A DNA stretch of 20,000 nt from Vermamoeba vermiformis (lineage: Eukaryota). The DNA is taken from assembly GCA_045837725.1 (NCBI GenBank), contig JBEWZL010000278.1:486092-506091 (forward strand), read 5' to 3'. Each line of letters begins with the position of its first letter. Within the stretch, counting starts at the first letter, position 1. The notes under the pieces are model-generated. The model did not search any database. It was not told the origin of the DNA and saw only the letters and a program-made list of their open reading frames with translations. The translations under genes were made by a program, and so were the position numbers. This document shows, one piece after another, positions 12,294 to 20,000 of this stretch.

Positions 12294-13889
12294 TTATTTG
12301 AACTTTTTGAGCAGATCAGGGCAGTCTAATGCCTCTTCAGGTAACCATTCATTGTACTGATTACTCCAACCAGACCACTTCACTAGATATTCATCACCAT
12401 GAACTCCTCTACGTTTGTCTACTAAATCTTCTACCTCATATTCTTCAGTTGATTTTACCTCTGCTGCTTTATACTTGACTTTTCCAGTTTGCAAATCTCC
12501 AGAAATAAATTTGTTGTGACATTGATCAAAATTCCATGCTAAGCATTCTGAACAGAAGCATGGTCTCTTTCAATGTTTGATTGTTCCAACTTGTTCCGAA
12601 AAGATGAAATCATAGGAAGCCTTGATGCCTTTTAAAGGAGTGCAGTCATCTTCTTCATCATCAGAATCATACTCAACCAAAAAAGTGGGGCCACCTGGAA
12701 CAGTATCAAAGTGATCTGCAAGCTCTTGGGCATTATTGATGTGAGCATCATCTTATAAAGTGAATTAGCTCTGGTAAATTAAGGAGTAACTTACTATCTA
12801 GTAAAAATAACCTAGTATTGGATTTCAAAGTTGCACCTCTGCCATCACAAGAACCTTTTCCATGGTATGCAGGATCTACAGCCCATCTGAATCGGAGATG
12901 GAACAGGTTCCAAAACTTGCATATAATGCCACGTGCTTTTGAACCATCTGCATTTTTGGTTGTCCATCGATTGAATTTGAAAGTTTCTTGTCGAATAGCC
13001 AGAGATTCTTTTGGACAACGTGAAGAACTGCAGGACTCGCACCAAAAGGCACATTGATTGCTGTGATTGCACATTTGGGGTGAGCAAAAATCACAGTTGC
13101 AACTGCAATTTCGATGCCAAATTCTGCGTTTTGCATTTAAAAGAACAGCCATACTGTGAAAATTGCTGCAATGGAAACATAGTCCACTCCGTAACGGTTT
13201 TACAACAACATAATTTGGAATCAAGGAGTAAAATGCACTGGCAGAGAAGGCAGGATAATCCTTGTGAGATAGCTGAAGCATTGTAAGTGGCTGTAACAAC
13301 AACAACTATTCAAACTTACACGGCATTCGTTAAACATTGCACAAATTGGCTTTAATCTGTAATGCTTTGGTCTTTTGATCCAAACTCCCTGCTCTTTGAC
13401 TTGAAGAGTGTTTTTCATGTCAGCAGTCTCTACAGTATTGTTGTTGATCCAAGTTATAATAGAACTCTTGAGCTGAGGTTGAATACGTGTAACAGAGTAA
13501 ATGGCACGACTGACATATGGACGCGGATGTTGGTTATTATTGATATCCTCCTGAATAGATCCTTGTAATTCTATTGCTGATTTCACACTCCGCCAATCAA
13601 CGTTGAACAGTGTAGCAAACTGGTCAATTTTGGCTTCAGGCGAAACACATGCTGCTAAAATGCCACGAAATTGACCAGATTTGTGGTGATACTGTGCGAC
13701 TTGGTGCAAGCAACAACTGATGTTGAAACACACTAGAGTTTTTAATTTGGCTGAGACAAAGTCCGATAAACTATCGGAAAAACAAGGTTGCTTGACTACA
13801 TCTGATAAACACTTTGCCCTAGCAGTAATGGGAACTGACATCAGGATGTGTGTAATTGCTTCTATTTGTTGTTTGTAATTTTTTGACAT
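12294..13889 (-). pseudogene. Sola2-like DNA transposase pseudogene with C-terminal chromodomain; internally deleted, one premature stop
   Basis: Introns at 13319-13273 and 12794-12752 (possibly also 13733-13692) join the ORFs. Motifs in order: SAFYSLIP.YV...GLCFHCSN, a Cys-rich stretch, W....YHGKGSCDGRGATLK (12842-12864), I.NA.E, KGIK.SYDF, *KRPCFCSEC, then the chromodomain EYEVEDLVDKR...EYLVKWSGWSNQYNEWLPEEALDCPDLLKKF. In-frame TGA at 12572-12570. The Sola2 assignment rests on my recall of the HGKG.CDG motif. Confidence 0.78.
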
Positions 13890-14056
13890 AGCAGCAAATC
13901 GCAGCGCGGTAACGCGTTAATAGTGACAAAAATAGAACGGAGTTGTGGTGTTCATAAATTAAAAGGTTATATTTTGGTTAATTTGCTAACGGGTCAATTC
14001 TACTGGGGCTAGTTATCGCTGGAATACCGAAATAATTTAATCGCTGACGAATCAAG

Positions 14057-14172
14057 CACCAATGCGTTGAAAATTCGGAAAAATATGTAAAGCATCCAAT
14101 CAGACGTCGTACATAAACACGTGCCTGATCACGTGCTGTTCCGAGCTTGTGATTGGTTGTGAAAAGCACGTG
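14057..14172. promoter_or_regulatory. Candidate bidirectional promoter with CCAAT boxes and three CACGTG motifs
   Basis: CCAAT near 14059 and 14096, inverted ATTGG near 14152, and CACGTG at 14118, 14130 and 14167. It lies between the transposase ATG (-) and the candidate ncRNA (+). Confidence 0.4.
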
Positions 14173-14539
14173 GATGTAGATCGCGAAGAAATTGGGAATT
14201 TATTGATTTTCATTTTGTCATTAATTTTTGACATAGACAACACATGTCACATCTACCAGTTAGTGAAGTCCTCTCTTAGGGGGATATTATTAAAAAATGG
14301 GTCGATCGTACACACGTTGAGATCCCGCTTGCAAGAATGACCGTCACAGGTACGGACATAAATATTAATACTATACATATTGCGATCCGTTGGAAAATAT
14401 TGCGCTTGTCATAAATTTCATTTCGTTTTACTAAATTTAGAACATCAACAACAACGCGCCACCGCGCTGCAACTCATATAATTTTTACTGTTTAATTGTC
14501 TAATTGGTGGCGAATAACTTTTGGCACGCTATATTTTTC

Positions 14540-16000
14540 GTTGTGGTGGCTCGATCTGTCAAACGTCAAAACAGATCATCGCATCGGGTTATCAAGGTAA
14601 ATAACCGATTTAAAAATGATACGACAGTCAAATATTGATGATTTTAGAATATTCCACGTAGCACGAGCAAACAAGTAAGCTATTAATTTAATTAAATCAT
14701 TTGAAATTCATCGCATCGAAACGCGGTAAAGCGCTACGATTCGTTAATATTATATTATGATTATTCAGTTACCATTATTAACATTAGTTAATAAAAGTAT
14801 TTTGCACGGTCATGTTTCAACACCGCCAAATCCCAAAGCTTGACAGCGAAGAATCGCAGTAAGTTACGTCTTTATTTAATACGAGTATACAAAATTAACA
14901 ATTATCTAACTGTGCAGATTGAACGGCGTGGCTGCGTATAAATAGCACGATCTGTTTCACACGTCAAACCCCTGTCCGTTTACACGTCGTCTACACTGCC
15001 TGTAAGTATTTTTTTACCATGAATGTAATAATAAACCAGCTAAATACGTTATTACGTAGTATACACGGCAGTGGTGACTGTTAATTCGACTGCCTAGATT
15101 GTTCAATGTTCCGTTCGGAACGCTACATCGCTGACATGTCACGAATCGCTTGGCGTGTTATGTAAGATCAATTATTTCGTTCAATAACATTTATTAATAG
15201 CACTAATAGAGTTGGCTGCGCCACGAAACGTTTCGCGCATCACGGATCCCTCTCTTTTTGCGTAAAACGAACGCGAGAATGTCTTGCAATCGCCGCTGTT
15301 GCTGCAGAAATAGATGGCAATACATTAAACCTTAGAAAACGGGCATTCGTAAGTTGTTATGAACGATCAATTCATTCAATTTATACACTAACACCGATCT
15401 GAGCAGCGTCTCAGCCGCGCGATCTGCGATCACGTCGCCGTTCTGAACAACCAGTCGCGTGGGACTATTGAAAGCATAAATAGATTTGAATGCTCTATTT
15501 TCATTGTAATGAAAACCTGCAAGCTGGTTCGTTCACGCGATCCGTTTCGAGTTTAGTGGCCACGAAGCCTTGCTGTAAGTAAAACCCTTGTCAAGTGATA
15601 TTTAATTGATATTAATACACTATTTAGGTAAGTAACAACTTGCTGCGGTTAGCAATTCACGTGTGAGAGTCGCGACTCGATCGAGGATGTTGCGCGATCT
15701 GAGACGGCTCAGGACGAATCTTTTTGGTAAGAATTTATTGCTAACAATGATTAAAATACAATGTTATTAATGCATTGACTTTAGCACTCGGTGCTGTCTT
15801 CGGGCGGCTGATCCAACTATGGTTCGTTGATCGCGATCCATTTCGTGTTGCGTTAATGCCACATCGCTCAGTATCATGGCCATATCGTGTGCACAACCGA
15901 CTGCTACGTCATTAGAACACCGTGCCTTTCGTGGAATTAGAATTGATGTGTGTAACTTTACCTTGCAACAGATCGAGGTGCGTGGAGTTTTGCTTATTTT
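14540..16000 (+). ncRNA. Candidate spliced, structured long non-coding RNA (7 predicted introns); ends approximate
   Basis: AT-rich GTAAG/GTAAA...AG introns at 14597-14647, 14675-14768 (or 14787), 14859-14917, 15002-15059, 15162-15209, 15349-15406, 15575-15627 and 15727-15784. The first is the weakest; the other seven have GTAAG donors. They alternate with GC/CpG-rich exons. Exons 14918-15001 and 15060-15161 have stops in all three frames. Many stems include G-U pairs, and one has a C(UUCG)G loop. Confidence 0.62.
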
Positions 16001-16016
16001 TATTTATTGTATACGC

Positions 16017-16118
16017 GAATCGGGACGCGTTAAAGCGCCCCGATTCCCAATTTCAGCCTGTAATTTGACTATTATTGGCAAATTAACAGAATCGGGGCGC
16101 GTTAAAGCGCTCCGATTT
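16017..16118. repeat. Two copies of a 30-nt hairpin motif (12-bp stem, GTTAAA loop)
   Basis: GAATCGGGACGC-GTTAAA-GCGCCCCGATTC at 16017-16046 and GAATCGGGGCGC-GTTAAA-GCGCTCCGATTT at 16089-16118. Confidence 0.9.
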
Positions 16119-16172
16119 CCTATTTTGCGTAGATTATTAAACAATTTCTAATAATTTATGGAATTGAGACAC

Positions 16173-16463
16173 TATAGTAGGCTTCTGGGTTATAAAAACC
16201 CACAGGTTATAGAGTTTAAAGAGGCCTTAAACTCGTTTTTTGTTGAACTTTTTCGCAAACATTCTTTTTATTTAAACTCATGTTCAAAATAGCTAAGTCA
16301 AACAAGTTAAATAGAATAATATAAAATGGGTCACTTTGTTTTATTATAGTAGGCTTCTGGGTTATAAAAACCCCCTGGTTATAGAGTTTAAAGTCCCTTC
16401 AAACTGTTTTTTTGTCAAACTTTTCTGCACAGATTTTAGAAATTGATAGTAGCTAAGAACAAG
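16173..16463. repeat. Diverged direct duplication, period 172 bp
   Basis: TATAGTAGGCTTCTGGGTTATAAAAACCC...GGTTATAGAGTTTAAAG begins at both 16173 and 16345. Similarity continues to TAGCTAAG at about 16290 and 16450. Confidence 0.9.
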
Positions 16464-16559
16464 AAGAGCATTCATATATGTAAAAGGGCTTGGCCATATA
16501 GGGCTAGCCCTGCAGAACCTGACAATAAATAGATATTTGAGTAGGAATTATGCGTGGTG

Positions 16560-16616
16560 ATTTTTACTTAGGAAAATTTTTACTTAGGAAAATTTTACTA
16601 AAGGAAATTTTTACTT
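16560..16616. repeat. Short tandem repeat, ~16-bp unit TTTTTACTTAGGAAAA, ~3.5 copies
   Basis: Read directly: tttttacttaggaaaa tttttacttaggaaaa ttttactaaaggaaa tttttactt. Confidence 0.9.
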
Positions 16617-16684
16617 GAGAAAAACTGATCCACCCGTGTAAGTTGGAGGATTCAAAAAAACTAAGGCTCAGTGGACAGTCTTAT

Positions 16685-16921
16685 GAAAAAATAAAGTCCT
16701 TAGGGGTCGTCTCCACGCGGAGACGATCTCGAGAAAAAACAAAGTCCTTAGGGGTCGTCTCCACGCGGAGACGATCTCGAGAAAAAACAAAGTCCTTAGG
16801 GGTCGTCTCCACGTGGAGACGATCTCGAGAAAAAACAAAGTCCGTAGGGGTCGTCTCCACGCGGAGACGATCTCGAGAAAAAACAAAGTCCGTAGGGGTC
16901 GTCTCCACGCGGAGACGATCT
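16685..16921. repeat. Tandem array of five 48-bp units, each containing a strong stem-loop
   Basis: Unit GAAAAAACAAAGTCCTTAGGGGTCGTCTCCACGCGGAGACGATCTCGA starts at 16685, 16733, 16781, 16829 and 16877. The core palindrome is TCGTCTCC-ACGC-GGAGACGA. Confidence 0.97.
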
Positions 16922-17305
16922 GGCAAAAAAACTATGGATCGGCCGTCTACATCTGACTGAAAAAACAAGTCGAACGAGTCGCTACGGCAATCTGCAGCGA
17001 TAAAAGTTAATAAATTGGATTGTATTTATTAAATAATTAATATAACCGGTACTTACCAAATAAAGAGTGGGCGAGCACGTTTTAAATCGTGGATCGGTTC
17101 TAAAATACAAGATTAGATTAATAAATAAACATAAATTAAATTTAATCTCAATGCAAACCGCCGCGAATATGTAAATGATCGGAACCAATTTGTATCCGGA
17201 TTCAAAAATAAATAAAAAATTAAAATTACACTTACTATTAGCGCCAAGTAGTGTTGCTTTCGTTATTCGTGAATAAATAATACCAAGCCGGCACGAACAT
17301 GACCT

Positions 17306-17343
17306 GTCACGTCAAGTGATTCGTCACGTGATATGTCACGTGG
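17306..17343. promoter_or_regulatory. Cluster of three GTCACGT(G) motifs upstream of the orphan gene
   Basis: GTCACGTC at 17306, GTCACGTGAT at 17323 and GTCACGTGG at 17335, about 280 bp upstream of the ATG at 17623. Confidence 0.4.
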
Positions 17344-17622
17344 GTTGTTCACGAAAAACAGAAACAAACTTTTGGTAATTTACCGTGCTAAAAACAATAG
17401 CGTGTCACCACAAGTGGCGCGTTTTGTTAAATATAATTGCGATACGAATCCAACAGATTCTATTGCAATTTAAAGTTTAGATCGTCGATCAAAAATCGGC
17501 GCATCTAAATTATCTGCTAAGCCTCCAAAAGAGGCTTAATTTTATATCTATATATCGAATCATCGCCTATAAATTCCGTTAGTAAAACGGAATATTACAA
17601 GACAAATTTAGATTCGATCAGA

Positions 17623-20000
17623 ATGGTAAATATTATTTAAAATTTCAACCTTAGTTTAGTGACACAAATAATTAAAAACAAGTTTTTATATATTGTATTT
17701 TATTTTATTAGTATTTTTACAGTGCTAATGCTTTTTATAGAACAAGTCCAAGACATCGACCTTGGATTCTATCAGAACTTACGTGACGTTCTTCGTCCTT
17801 GCTCGCAACCGTTTGGCACCAGGCGGAAGTACGGAAGCCTACGTCACCAAGTTGCACGACAGCCTGCAGTACTTTGGCACGTTTGGCCGCAGAGCAGATT
17901 TCGTCTTTTTCTACGTCCTGTTTGATTTTCATGGAATGCTGCCCTCGCTCCCAGACCGCACTCCCGTCTATCCAACGTGGTACAAGACTTACCGCCAGAC
18001 ACTCGCCGATACACTTGGAATTGCTATTGGCGCAAATCCGACATGGCAAGAATTTTCCGAGTTCATGCAAGGTTTTCCAGTGTTTCTGGAACTTGCTCAA
18101 CGAGAAATCTGCATGTGGAACGTAACGAAGAATATCGCGAACAATGTCAAAGAAGAAAACGACCGAATTCACGAAGAACACGCAAAACTTTGGAGAGCGA
18201 TGCGCTACAACCTGAAACACTGGTCGTCCCTCACAGCTTTGCGTGCGCTTCTGACATTCATTGGCTCTGCTGAATGTCAGTATGGCGTGCCGTTGTTCTC
18301 GCAGTACACTTCCTACGATACAAAGCCCGCAAACGGTAAGTCAAATTCGGATCCATTTGTAACGGTCACTAATAGTTCGTAACTTAGGTGCTCAGAGTTC
18401 TACAACAACAACAACTGTACCCGATCAATTCAAATTTGTAGAGATTGGCTTTATTCCGGGCTGCACAGGAGTAGGCTACGAGTGGTTTCATCTGCCTGAG
18501 TTCAATTCACGCCCTGGTGTATTTGGACACTACAAGCGGAGAGGAGAAGAACTTCCGCCCACTAACACCAAGAAGAGGCGTATCGAAGCCGTCCCCGAAG
18601 CCACCCCCGAAGCCGTCTCTGAACTAGAAATTGGAGGCAACAGTCCTACAGGGAGCGTTGACTTGTTCTTACTCGAGTCAAACGACAACCCTGAGCCGTC
18701 TCAAAGCCCTGTACGCAGTCCAGACTTTAACAATGAAATGCCCGTGAGTAAAAACGTATAATACACTTAATAATCGTTTAATTGATTCGTTTTAGAGTTC
18801 GCCTTTCCGTCCTCCAACTCCAGATCCGATCATTGCTACAAATACTACTGCGGTTGTTACAAACCCTGCCAAGCATCCGATTGCCGAAGCAATACGAATC
18901 AGTAAGTCACAAACTGTCAAAATTAACTCAACGGTAACATTTTTCTTCAGCTCCTACTGCTAAGGTCCGCGTACCTCGCAGCACGGGACTTACCACTGTT
19001 GGTCCTCCGGCTGTCTTTGAAGATATCCGCGGAGAGAGGCACAGCCGTCTAAAGGTGGAGGATTGCACGGTGAACCTCTATGAATTTGGTACAATCAATT
19101 TGGTCGACCAGACCGTGTGCCGTGAGCTGTACCTGAGATGCGTCAACCTGGCCCCAACTGGAGCGTCCATGACCGCGGCTGCTGTTAAATTGTAAGTATT
19201 TTAGTATTATCTAAACCGAACTAATACCAAAATCAGCATACTTCGCCAGCGAGTGCTGTATTTCGAAGACGTAGATTCAGAGCTAGTGGCGAAGTTGTGT
19301 CCTGTGTCTTGCAAGTCTGTCCAAGCCCTGTACATCAAAGACATCTCGAAGCCATTGGTGACTTACGGTTTTGGCAACCATACGTGGCAGCAGTTAAAAT
19401 TCCTTCACTTGACACTCTGGCCAGGACAGGCAGTTCAAGTCTTTCAAAAATTGGGCGAATCCGTTGGTCAAGTTCTCAACACCATCTTTACCGTGGCCCC
19501 TAATCTAATGGGAGTTCGATTGCCCATCGCAAACGAAGATTCGTCGAAAACGGCTTCCTGGGAGATCTCTCTGACAGGTGTCACTTTTCCTCCGGAATTT
19601 CTACTTTTGGAACTGGAATCACACTGCCCTGGAGTCTACATCGACTTGCGCGATTTGAATCAACTCCAGCTTCGTCATCTTTGCCTGGTTAATATCTTTG
19701 TCTCCCCACTCGAGTTTCACGAAGAGGTAGATCCTCGCTGCGTAGATCTTAAAGTTACAGGCCCGAAATTATACATTGGTGGCCGTAACTTGATTAATAC
19801 GCTTAGTATTATGCGGCACATACTGCAACATCGTCCGTAAGTCTTCCTCCGCAGTTTTGTTAAAGTCAACGCTAATTTATTTATGTAGGTTCCGCTTTCA
19901 TCCTCGTGCTCTAGTTCCTCAGCTAATCTATCCCCCCGCATTGTTTTCCATCGAATGGAGTTCTCAAGTGGGTGCTCAAGTTCATGGGAAATACTACATG
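17623..20000 (+). CDS. Intact multi-exon protein of unknown function (3' partial), with a possible NLS and a degenerate LRR-like C-terminal region
   Basis: An ATG at 17623-17625 is directly followed by intron 17626-17740. Further introns start at 18336, 18744, 18902, 19193 and 19837 and keep one open frame: MNKSKTSTLDSIRTYVTFF...TKKRRIE...Pro/Ser/Thr linker...LKFLHLTL...LRHLCLVNI...RFHPRALVPQ. Confidence 0.82.

Noticed and set aside
12294-12494. Chromodomain as part of a chromovirus integrase belonging to the adjacent Gypsy relic
   Set aside because: It lies upstream of the RT on the same strand, which is the wrong order for an integrase tail, and it is in frame with the transposase C-terminal motifs.
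12200-14310. Terminal inverted repeats or target-site duplication of the Sola2-like element
   Set aside because: Candidate GAG.../...CTC ends at about 12221, 12239 and 14273 do not match beyond 3-4 nt, so the termini could not be defined.
15835-15875. Hammerhead-like motif on the - strand (CTGAGCGA...CGAAA)
   Set aside because: The core deviates from CUGANGA and convincing stems I and III are missing.
14540-16000. Telomerase RNA, RNase P/MRP, rRNA or snRNA identity for the candidate ncRNA
   Set aside because: I found no CUAACCCU-type template and no P4 consensus or rRNA/snRNA signature by eye. A covariance-model search is needed to exclude these fully.
16685-16921. CRISPR-like array (palindromic repeats at regular spacing)
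   Set aside because: The intervening sequences are identical rather than unique spacers, there are no cas genes, and the context is eukaryotic.
16643-16968. ORFs on both strands across the 48-bp array
   Set aside because: The open frames follow from the unit length being a multiple of three. There are no supporting gene signals.

Overview
Intron-rich eukaryotic DNA with short (~45-60 nt) GT-AG introns and CTAAY branch points. The gene content suggests an amoebozoan protist (inference). The left part (1-11.2 kb) holds three host genes: a partial Kelch-repeat gene (-), a coiled-coil protein with a C-terminal membrane anchor (+), and a large Clu-domain/TPR-like/LRR/villin-headpiece gene (+). 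The right part (11.2-20 kb) is an accessory island. It starts with a CpG-depleted Ty3/Gypsy RT relic and an intron-containing Sola2-like transposase pseudogene fused to a C-terminal chromodomain (-). A CCAAT/CACGTG-rich region follows, then a candidate 7-intron, non-coding, highly structured RNA gene (+, ~14.5-16.0 kb) and a cluster of hairpin repeats including a 5x48-bp stem-loop array. The island ends with an intact multi-exon orphan gene running off the window. All calls come from manual reading; no searches or folding programs were run.
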